DNA of 49,326 nucleotides, taken from sequence record DRR723986_10545. One strand, written 5' to 3'. Position numbers and translations under genes: made by a program. A model generated the notes under the pieces. That model was not told the origin of the DNA and ran no database searches. It saw only the letters and a list, made by a program, of their open reading frames with translations. Positions 28,045 through 36,948 of this stretch are shown here, piece by piece. How positions within the stretch are numbered: the stretch's first letter is position 1; every line of letters starts with the position of its first letter.

Positions 28045-29146
28045 ATGATTACATCAGATCAAATAAAAGATCTTAATTCCCGTCTAGACGCACTTAGACA
28101 GTATCTTTGACTTAGATGCTAAGCTCATAGAAATAGCTAACGAAGAAGAACAGACATTTGATCCTAATTTTTGGAATGACTCTAAAAAAGCCGAATTGGT
28201 AATGAAGTCTATTCGTGAAAAGAAAAGTTGGGTAAATGATTTTAATGCGGCTAGAATACTTTTTGAAGACCTAGAAGTTATTTACGAATTCTATAAGGAA
28301 GACGAAGCGCCTATGGAAAATGTAGTTGCGCGTTTTGAAAAGGCTGTTAATGCGATAGAGAAATTAGAATTTAAAAATATGCTTTCTGAAGAAGGCGATA
28401 GTTTAAGTGCTGTATTGCAAATAACTGCTGGTGCAGGTGGTACTGAAAGTTGTGATTGGGCAAGCATGCTTATGCGTATGTATCTTATGTATGCTGAAAA
28501 AAGTGGCTATAAAGTAAAAGAACTAAATCATCAAGAAGGTGATGTTGCTGGAATAAAAGCCGTGACATTAGAAATTGAAGGTGATTATGCCTTTGGTTGG
28601 CTTAAAGGCGAGAATGGAGTTCATAGACTTGTTCGTATTTCGCCATTTGATAGTAATGCTAAACGACATACGAGTTTTGCTTCGGTTTATGTTTACCCGT
28701 TAGTAGATGATTCTATAGAAATTGATATAAATCCATCTGACTTAGAAATTACAACGGCGCGCTCTAGTGGTGCTGGAGGACAAAATGTCAACAAGGTAGA
28801 AACTAAGGTACAGCTTTTGCATAAACCATCTGGTATACAGATACAATGCTCTGAAACAAGATCTCAACACGATAATAGAGCTAGAGCCTTACAAATGCTT
28901 AAATCACAGCTTTATGAAATAGAGTTGCAAAAGCAGATGGCGCAACGCGATGATATTGAAGCGAGTAAAATGAAGATTGAATGGGGAAGCCAAATAAGAA
29001 ATTATGTGATGCACCCTTATAAGTTAGTAAAGGATGTTAGAACTTCACATGAAACTGGAAATGTAGATGCCGTTATGGATGGTGATTTAGAACCGTTTTT
29101 AAAAGAATATCTAATGATGATGGGACAAAAAGATACGGCACAATAA
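28045..29146 (+). CDS. prfB: Peptide chain release factor 2, translated through a programmed +1 frameshift
   Basis: ORF0 [21 protein letters not shown] ends at CTT TGA C (28105-28111); +1 frame DLDAKL..DPNFWND runs into the ORF with SPF and GGQ motifs. Confidence 0.96.
28102..28111 (+). other. prfB +1 ribosomal frameshift site
   Basis: TAT CTT TGA C canonical slippery stop context. Confidence 0.93.
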
Positions 29147-29162
29147 TTGATAATACATAGAC

Positions 29163-29504
29163 ATGATAACAATTTACCATAATCCGAGATGTTCAAAATC
29201 CAGACAAGGATTATCAATTCTAGAAAATTCTGGTAAGGCTTTCGAAATTGTCAAATACTTAGATGATCCACTTACTACAAACCAATTAGAAACCATTATT
29301 TCATATTTGGGAATTAAACCAATAGAATTGGTTCGTAAAAATGAAGCAATTTGGAAGTCTAATTATAAAGGTAAAGAGCTTTCTAACAATGAATTAGTTG
29401 AGGCTATGATTAAACACCCAAAACTTATTGAAAGACCAATTGTTGTTAATAATAATAAAGCGGTAGTCGGTAGACCACCAGAATCAATATTAAATATTTT
29501 ATAA
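29163..29504 (+). CDS. arsC: ArsC-family (glutaredoxin-type arsenate reductase-like) protein
   Basis: YHNPRCSKSR, HPKLIERPIV and GRPPE motifs. Confidence 0.82.
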   Translation: MITIYHNPRCSKSRQGLSILENSGKAFEIVKYLDDPLTTNQLETIISYLGIKPIELVRKNEAIWKSNYKGKELSNNELVEAMIKHPKLIERPIVVNNNKAVVGRPPESILNIL

Positions 29505-29505
29505 A

Positions 29506-29976
29506 ATGAAAAAGCTTGTTTTTGTACTTTTTGCACTACTTGTAGGATTAAATAACTATGGACAAAGGCGTAGAGATTTCACCCAACCTGTTAGAACCAA
29601 TAGTGAACCTACGAAGCAGCAAATTGAAAAGCGTGATAGGATGATGAAAGAACGTAGGGAAGAATTTATAGCAAATTTTATGTCTACGTTAGAAGCTGAT
29701 GAATTTCAGAAGGTAATCATTAAGCAACATTTAGATAGTTTTTATGAAGCTAAACTAGCCATTCTAAAAACACGTTTTGAGCATAGACTTGACAGAGAAG
29801 CTGCGGTTAAAAAACTAGAAGACACGCATTTTGTAGAACTTGAGGGTTTAATAACAGAAGGTGATATGAAAAAAATTAAAGATATGGTTAGAGGTGGTTT
29901 CGATGAAAAAGAATTCTTAAAAGAAAAGAAAAAGGAAAAACGTAAAAAGAAAAAAAAGGGAAAAATTCCTGATTAA
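29506..29976 (+). CDS. Secreted helical hypothetical protein with Lys-rich C-terminus
   Basis: Signal peptide MKKLVFVLFALLVG; charged helical sequence; starts 1 bp after the arsC stop. Confidence 0.75.
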   Translation: MKKLVFVLFALLVGLNNYGQRRRDFTQPVRTNSEPTKQQIEKRDRMMKERREEFIANFMSTLEADEFQKVIIKQHLDSFYEAKLAILKTRFEHRLDREAAVKKLEDTHFVELEGLITEGDMKKIKDMVRGGFDEKEFLKEKKKEKRKKKKKGKIPD

Positions 29977-30097
29977 AATAGTCGGTTAAATAATAGACAA
30001 TTGCTTTTCACAGGCAAAAGAATGTCGTTGGGGTAATACTATTTGCCAATCATATTTTTCTACTAAACACGGTCTAATAAAAGCGTATTTTTGTGAT

Positions 30098-31126
30098 GTG
30101 AAACCTAAGATAAACACATCACCGTTTAATAAAAAAGAGCTATTATTTCAATTTTCGCTTAATGTAATTGTATTTATATTTTTTGCTTTTGACAGGCGAT
30201 TACCAGGAATCGAAGTACATAAGATTCTTTTTTATCTCAACTTCGCAATTGCTGCATTAATTATTAATTACATACTATTACCAAAATATCTTTATAAAAA
30301 CCGGTATTGGCAGTTTGCTATATTTTCACTTATTGTAATTGCAACTGTAATATTTATTGAAGAAGCCGTTTTAGAGCAAATCTATTATCCTGATACACGA
30401 GGAAAAAGATTTTTGGGTGTCTTTTATAACTTAATGAGCACCTTACCAACTATAACTATTTTAGTTGGGTTTAAATTTGCTTGGGATGCCCTAATTAAGC
30501 AACGCGAAGTTCATGAGTTGAAAAACTATGCAAAAGAAAGTGAATTACAATATTTGAAATCACAGATTAATCCACATTTTTTATTCAATAATATTAATAA
30601 CCTCTATGCCTATGCAGTAGAGCAATCACCAAAAACTCCCGATCTTATCCTGGAATTATCCTCAGTACTTCGTTATATGTTATATGAATGTAGAGCAAAA
30701 TTTGTCCCTTTGCACAAGGAAATAAAGCATCTTAAAAATTATATTAATCTAAGCAAACTACAAATTGAAGGTCGTGGTAAGGTTAATACGAGTATTGGAC
30801 GAATACCAGAAAATTATAATATCGCGCCTCTAGTATTATCTGTATTTATTGAAAACGCTTTTAAACATAGTGCATCAAGTCAAACTGAAAATATATCTAT
30901 TGATATAGAAATTAATGTTAGTGATAATGGAATTCTCAATTTTGATTGCACAAATAGCTACCAATTCGAATCAAATGTGAATAATCTGGATAGAGGAATT
31001 GGTCTGAAGAATGTAAATAAGCGATTGGCTTTGATGTATTCTAATTCGCATAAATTAGAAATCTCTAAGGATAATGGGAGTTATAAAGTGCAATTGATTA
31101 TTGATCTTAACAAAACTAAAAATTAA
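30098..31126 (+). CDS. LytS/YehU-type sensor histidine kinase
   Basis: N-terminal TM helices; LKSQINPHFLFN H-box, FIENAFKH and GIGLKNV. Confidence 0.9.
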   Translation: MKPKINTSPFNKKELLFQFSLNVIVFIFFAFDRRLPGIEVHKILFYLNFAIAALIINYILLPKYLYKNRYWQFAIFSLIVIATVIFIEEAVLEQIYYPDTRGKRFLGVFYNLMSTLPTITILVGFKFAWDALIKQREVHELKNYAKESELQYLKSQINPHFLFNNINNLYAYAVEQSPKTPDLILELSSVLRYMLYECRAKFVPLHKEIKHLKNYINLSKLQIEGRGKVNTSIGRIPENYNIAPLVLSVFIENAFKHSASSQTENISIDIEINVSDNGILNFDCTNSYQFESNVNNLDRGIGLKNVNKRLALMYSNSHKLEISKDNGSYKVQLIIDLNKTKN

Positions 31127-31800
31127 TGAACTGTATTATAATAGAGGATCAATTACCTGCTCAGCGTTTGTTAATGAAATATATAGCAGACATAGACTCA
31201 CTAAACTTAGTAGCTACATTTACTGACGCTTTAGACGCTATTGAGACATTGAACTCTAAACATATTGACATTATATTTTTAGACATACACCTACCTAAAA
31301 TGTCAGGAATGGAGTTTTTAAAAACTTTATCTAATCCGCCTTCAATAATTCTCACAACTGCATTTCAAGACTATGCATTAGAGAGTTATGAGCACAATGT
31401 TGTAGACTACTTATTAAAGCCATTCTCCTTTCAAAGGTTTATTAAAGCTATATCCAAATTAAATACTTCTACGTCTAGCAACAAATCTGCACAAGAGCTT
31501 TATATTAAAAGTGGACACGAGCATATAAGAATTATGCCAGAAGATATTATTTATATAAAGGCAGACTCTGACTATACAGAAATTCATTTTGAAAATAAAA
31601 AGATAATATCTGCCGAGCCCTTACGTCATTGGGAGAAAGAACTATCTAAGGATATTTTTTACAGGCTACATAAATCCTACATAATAAACACCAAAAAAAT
31701 TCTAAAAATTTCAGGAAATGAAGTTTTCACTGAAAGCAATACTAATATTCCTATTGGCAGAACTTTTAAAAATGAATTTTTAAAAAAGTTTACCTCATAA
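31126..31800 (+). CDS. LytTR-family response regulator
   Basis: Receiver FLDIHLP, DYLLKPFSF; LytTR FYRLHKSYIIN, IPIGRTF; TAATG coupling to the kinase. Confidence 0.92.
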   Translation: MNCIIIEDQLPAQRLLMKYIADIDSLNLVATFTDALDAIETLNSKHIDIIFLDIHLPKMSGMEFLKTLSNPPSIILTTAFQDYALESYEHNVVDYLLKPFSFQRFIKAISKLNTSTSSNKSAQELYIKSGHEHIRIMPEDIIYIKADSDYTEIHFENKKIISAEPLRHWEKELSKDIFYRLHKSYIINTKKILKISGNEVFTESNTNIPIGRTFKNEFLKKFTS

Positions 31801-31816
31801 ATCAAAAAACAAAGCA

Positions 31817-34243
31817 ATGAAATTAAAAATCAAATTATTTACGGTACTAATAGCCATTTTATCTTTTAGTTTTAGTCAAGCTCAAAGGGAAGTTAAGGTA
31901 CAAGGCACTGTTGTAGAACAAGATTCAAACATACCATTAGAGTATGCTACAATTACGTTTAAGACCAAACCAAATAACAAAATAGTTACTGGTGGCATAA
32001 CAGATTCTAAAGGAAAATTTAGTATCGATGTACCAGTAGGTATTTATGATATTTCGGTTGAATATATTTCTTATAAAACGAAAACATATGAAAATAAGAC
32101 TATTTCTAAAAGTATTAATCTTGGTACTGTAAGTCTCACTCTTGACGTAGAATCTCTAGATGAAGTTGAAATTATTGCAGAGCGTACAACTGTAGATATT
32201 AAACTAGATAAAAAAATATACAATGTTGGTAAGGATTTAACGGTTCGTGGTGGAACTGTTAGCGATGTTCTTGACAATGTACCATCCGTTTCCGTTGATG
32301 TTGAAGGTAATGTAGAACTAAGAGGAAATGGCGATGTTAGAATTCTTATTAATGGTAAACCATCAGGTTTAGTTGGTCTAAATTCTACAGAAGCCTTAAG
32401 ACAATTACCTGCAGAAGCCATAGAACGTGTAGAAATAATTACATCACCTTCTGCAAGATATGATGCCGAAGGACAAGCTGGAATTTTAAATATAATTCTA
32501 AGACGTAGTAAACTACAAGGACTTAATGGTGCTGTAACTGTTAATGCAGGCTACCCTACTCAAGCAGGAATTTCAGGAAATATTAATTACCGAACTGGAG
32601 ACTTCAATTTCTTTAATACCACTAGTTATAATTACAGGGATGTACCTGGTAATTCGTTTACAAATACAGAATTTCTAAATACAGAAAATAGAGTTAAAGA
32701 AAACCGAGATTTTGAACGTGTTAGAAAAGGTTTAAATACCAATATTGGTGTAGAATGGTATATAAACGAAACATCCTCATTAACTACATCTTTACAATAT
32801 AGAGACAGTAATAACGAACAAGAAACTACCAATATTTTGAGAGAATTTGATAATTCTGGAAATCTCACCAATACAACAACCCGTTTCGACCCAGAATTTG
32901 AAGACGACAAAACAATACAATACACTTTAAACTTCGATAAGCAATTTAATGGGAATTCAGATCATAGATTTATAGCTAACTTTCAATATGAAAGTAGTTC
33001 TGAATTAGAAGAATCACTCATTGTACAAGATGATGTTGATGTTGAAGATGTAGCAACAGATGAAAATCAAGACCGTGTATTTTTGCAGGCAGATTACGTA
33101 CAACCTATAGGTGAAGTTAGCCAGTTTGAAGCTGGTTATCAGGGACGTTTTTTAACCTTAGATACTGATTATACTGTGGCCTTTAATGATGGTTTCGGAA
33201 ACTTTGAATTGGATGAAAACCTTAGTAATAATCTTATTTATAAGGAATATGTAAATGCCTTCTACACGCAATTTGGAAGTAAAATAAAAGAAAAGTTTAG
33301 TTACTTATTTGGCCTTAGAATGGAAGAATCTCGCATTACAATAGATCAAGTGACTAGTGGTGATTATGATAAGAAGAATTATATAGGTTTATTTCCTACC
33401 ATAAATTTAGCCTATGAAATTGGTGAAGATGAAAACATCACTTTAGGTTATAATAGACGAATAAGAAGACCACGTTCTCGTTTTATAAATCCTTTCCCAT
33501 CACGTAGTTCTGCTACTAACTTATTTCAAGGAAATCCAGATCTAGATCCAAGTTATTCTAACACATTAGATTTAGGCTACTACAAGAAATTTGGAAAAAT
33601 GACTCTTAATGGTTCAATTTATATTACAAGAGCAGAAGATATTTTTGTGTTTATAACAGAAGACACTGGGCAAAATGCCATAGTTGGTGGTACAGAAGTT
33701 GCTGTAATTAAACGCTCTCCGATAAACTTGGCAGAAAATGAAAGAATTGGTTTTGAAATCACATTAACCTATCGACCAAATAGAAAGTGGAACATGAATG
33801 GTAATTTTAATATTTTCAATTCTGTGACGGAAGGGTTTTATGAAGGTACCGATTTTGGTGCTGAAAACACAAGTTGGTTTATTCGTTTTAATAATAAGTA
33901 TACCTTACCTGGCGGAATTGATTGGCAAACACGAATGAATTACCGTGGACCTAGCGTTGACGCACAAAACGAAAGACAAGGTATATTCTCTATGAATTTA
34001 GCTTTTAGCAAAGACCTTTTCGATGATAAAGCCTCGTTAGCTTTTAACATTAGTGATGTCTTTAATTCAAGAAAGAGAATTACGGAAACCACTACTCCAA
34101 CATTTAATGGTTATAGCGAATTTCAGTGGCGTGTAAGGTCTTTTAACCTTGCTTTTACTTATCGTTTTAACCAACAGAAAAAACGCGAGCGATCAGGTAG
34201 AGGTAACGGAGACAGTGGTGATGATTTTGATTTTGAAGGATAA
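31817..34243 (+). CDS. TonB-dependent receptor-like outer-membrane beta-barrel protein
   Basis: Signal peptide, carboxypeptidase-regulatory-like N-domain, plug GGTVSDVLDNVPSV..IEIITSPSARYDAEG, GNPDLDP and terminal strand FTYRF. Confidence 0.85.
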   Translation: MKLKIKLFTVLIAILSFSFSQAQREVKVQGTVVEQDSNIPLEYATITFKTKPNNKIVTGGITDSKGKFSIDVPVGIYDISVEYISYKTKTYENKTISKSINLGTVSLTLDVESLDEVEIIAERTTVDIKLDKKIYNVGKDLTVRGGTVSDVLDNVPSVSVDVEGNVELRGNGDVRILINGKPSGLVGLNSTEALRQLPAEAIERVEIITSPSARYDAEGQAGILNIILRRSKLQGLNGAVTVNAGYPTQAGISGNINYRTGDFNFFNTTSYNYRDVPGNSFTNTEFLNTENRVKENRDFERVRKGLNTNIGVEWYINETSSLTTSLQYRDSNNEQETTNILREFDNSGNLTNTTTRFDPEFEDDKTIQYTLNFDKQFNGNSDHRFIANFQYESSSELEESLIVQDDVDVEDVATDENQDRVFLQADYVQPIGEVSQFEAGYQGRFLTLDTDYTVAFNDGFGNFELDENLSNNLIYKEYVNAFYTQFGSKIKEKFSYLFGLRMEESRITIDQVTSGDYDKKNYIGLFPTINLAYEIGEDENITLGYNRRIRRPRSRFINPFPSRSSATNLFQGNPDLDPSYSNTLDLGYYKKFGKMTLNGSIYITRAEDIFVFITEDTGQNAIVGGTEVAVIKRSPINLAENERIGFEITLTYRPNRKWNMNGNFNIFNSVTEGFYEGTDFGAENTSWFIRFNNKYTLPGGIDWQTRMNYRGPSVDAQNERQGIFSMNLAFSKDLFDDKASLAFNISDVFNSRKRITETTTPTFNGYSEFQWRVRSFNLAFTYRFNQQKKRERSGRGNGDSGDDFDFEG

Positions 34244-34322
34244 CAAGTTAAGCTATATCAATTTAGCAACAATATGAGTATTATCATATAACAGCATCTG
34301 TTTTTTGGTTAAAATTGCTGTT

Positions 34323-36206
34323 ATGAACACCATTGCCGAGCGCATATATGACTTTTTAAAGAATTACCAGCCTTTTAATATGCTTAGCAGGGAGCAGCTT
34401 TTAGCTGTTTCTAAAGCTGTTGATGTCATATACCTAGAAGACCGTACTCCTGTGTTTGAAATAGACGAACCAATTGAAAATCACTTTTATGTGGTTAAAG
34501 ATGGAGGCATTGGATTATACAATGAATCCAATAATCTTGTAGATTAATGTGATGAAGGTGATATTTTTGGTCTTAGAGCTGTTTTAAGAAAAGGAAATTA
34601 TGTATTACGAGCTAAGGCTATTGAAGAAAGTATTATTTACAGTATATCTTCAGACTTACTAGAAGAATATATCACTACAAATTCAAAAGCAAGTCAATTT
34701 TTAATGCATGCCTTTGTATCAAATACAAGACTCGATGAAAATACAGACAGCAAAGATGTTTTAACCCAAGGCGAAGAAATTGCAGATTTACAAACGGCAG
34801 ACTATTCCAAAAATCCTATAACTTATCTCGTTAGCACGAATATAAAGGATGCAGCTAAAATAATGACAGATAGCCATGTAGGTTCCATTGTTATTATCAA
34901 TGATAATAAACCTATAGGAATTATAACAGACAAAGATCTGAGAACAAAAGTAGCTACAGGTAAATTTTCGATTACAGATTTGGTTACTGATATCATGTCT
35001 TCACCTGTTAAAACATTTTCGGAAAATATTACTGTAGCTGAAGCTCAGATAGCTATGCTTAAGAATCGTATAACTCATCTATGTATTACTAAAGACGGAA
35101 CTCCTAATTCCGCACTAACAGGTATATTATCTGAACATGACATTATTGTACTAAGAGAAGATAATGCCTCAGCTTTAATTAAAGAAATAAAAAGAAGTAA
35201 AACAGTAGCTCAACTTAAAGATATTAGACAACGAACTCAGAATCTACTACACAGATATCTACAACAAGATATTCCTATCGACTTTATTTCAAGATTAGTA
35301 TCTGCAATTAATGATGCGATAACTGAGCGGATTATCCTATTAGCGCTTTCTGAAATGCATTCACATCCACCAGTGAATTTTGCGTGGCTAGCTATAGGAA
35401 GTCAAGGCAGACAAGAGCAACTTTTATTAACAGATCAGGATAATGCTTTAGTTTTTAAAGACGTACCATCAGAAAATTATGACGATACTAAAGCTTATTT
35501 CTTATCCTTATCACAAAAAATAAATGAAGCGTTAGAAATAGTTAGTTTTGAGTTATGTCCAGCTGAAATGATGGGTAGTAATCCTAAGTGGTGTCTAACC
35601 GTTAATGAATGGTCTCAACAATTCAACCGTCGGATTACAACACCAGACCAAGACAATTTAATGCTATGCACCATATTCTTTGATTATCAATTGGTTTATG
35701 GCAATCAACAATTAGTAAAAAGATTATCACAAAGTATTTTTGAAAGTATTGAAGCTCATGATATCTTTTTGAGTTACTTAGGGAGAAATGCATTACAAAA
35801 TCTTCCACCATTAAGCTTTTTTAGACAGTTTCTCGTTGAAGATAATGGAGAGCACAAAGAACAGTTTGAAATTAAGGTACGTGCAATGATGCCACTAGTA
35901 GATGCAGCAAGATTACTAATCTTATCTCATAATGTAAAATCTATAAACAACACTCTTGAACGCTACGAAAAACTCGTAGAACTAGAGCCTCAAAACAAAG
36001 ATATTTTCCTATTCTGTATTGATGCCTTTAAAGATTTACTCTTTTTTAGAACCGAACAAGGTATTAATAATAAAGACTCAGGACGATTTATAGATCTCAC
36101 TTTCTTAAGCAAAGGTGATAGACTTAAACTAAAACGAAGTTTTAAAGCAGTTAAAGCTGTACAAGAACTAATAAAGACCAGATTCAAACTTTCTCAATTA
36201 ATGTAA
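34323..36206 (+). pseudogene. cNMP-binding/CBS/DUF294 nucleotidyltransferase-like protein with in-frame TAA at 34545-34547
   Basis: The frame stays open across the stop (LVD*CDEGDIFGLRA) and joins ORF 34704; CBS pair and NTase motif GSQGRQEQLLLTDQDNAL. Confidence 0.85.
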
Positions 36207-36207
36207 C

Positions 36208-36870
36208 ATGAAATGGTTTAAATCTAAATCTTATCCCAGCTATTGGCAAGATTACAAAGCTTGCTTTAAGACTAAACCGGTACAGGATTTGAACTCTACA
36301 CGAATTGTGATTTTTGATACTGAGACAACTGGGTTAAATACAAAGGAAGATGTTATTTTATCGATAGGCTGTATCGCTATAAAAGAATTAAAAATAAAGG
36401 TATCTGATCAGTTTGAATGTTATGTTTCTCAGCAACACTTTAATTCTGATACAGTTAAAATTCACGGTTTATTAAAAGAAGGACAAATAGCAAAAGTTAA
36501 TGAAGAAGAGGCTATAATTGAATTTCTGGATTATATAAAAGATGCTGTTTTAGTTGCACACCATGCAGCTTTCGATGTTGCAATGATTAATGCTGCTCTG
36601 AAACGATTACAATTACCTCCATTAAAAAATAAAGTTCTTGATACCGGACATTTATATATGAAAACGAGATTAGACACGTCAAAATCTCACTTTAGTTTAG
36701 ATGAGCTATCAGAACGATTATAAATTCCATTACATGATAGGCATACTGCTTCAGGAGATGCCTTTATCACTGCCTTATTATTTCTTAAAATTGTGGCATC
36801 TTTAAATAAGAACAAGCAACTAAATCTTAATGATTTAATGCGCCCATTAAATCGCAGAGGACTTCTTTAA
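36208..36870 (+). pseudogene. DEDDh 3'-5' exonuclease with in-frame TAA at 36721-36723
   Basis: ExoI FDTETTG and ExoII HHAAFD lie before the stop; ExoIII RHTASGDA is in frame after it; natural stop at 36870. Confidence 0.85.
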
Positions 36871-36890
36871 TTACAACCTTGTTAAAATAA

Positions 36891-36927
36891 AAAAGCACAA
36901 ATAACCTTTTTGGTCATTTGTGCTTTT
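36891..36927. terminator. Bidirectional terminator
   Basis: AAAAGCACAAAT-AACC-TTTTT-GGTC-ATTTGTGCTTTT. Confidence 0.82.
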
Positions 36928-36948
36928 AATCACTTCTTAAAAAACTAA

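Noticed and set aside
28105-28111. Internal stop in prfB as a pseudogene lesion
   Set aside because: It is the canonical CTT TGA C programmed frameshift of an essential gene
29981-30030. Possible LytTR direct repeats (GTCGGTT..GTCGTT) upstream of the kinase
   Set aside because: Too short and degenerate to separate from chance without an ortholog alignment
34545-36723. Stop-codon reassignment or selenocysteine/pyrrolysine recoding to explain the in-frame stops
   Set aside because: Both are TAA, which terminates most genes in the window; Sec and Pyl use TGA and TAG
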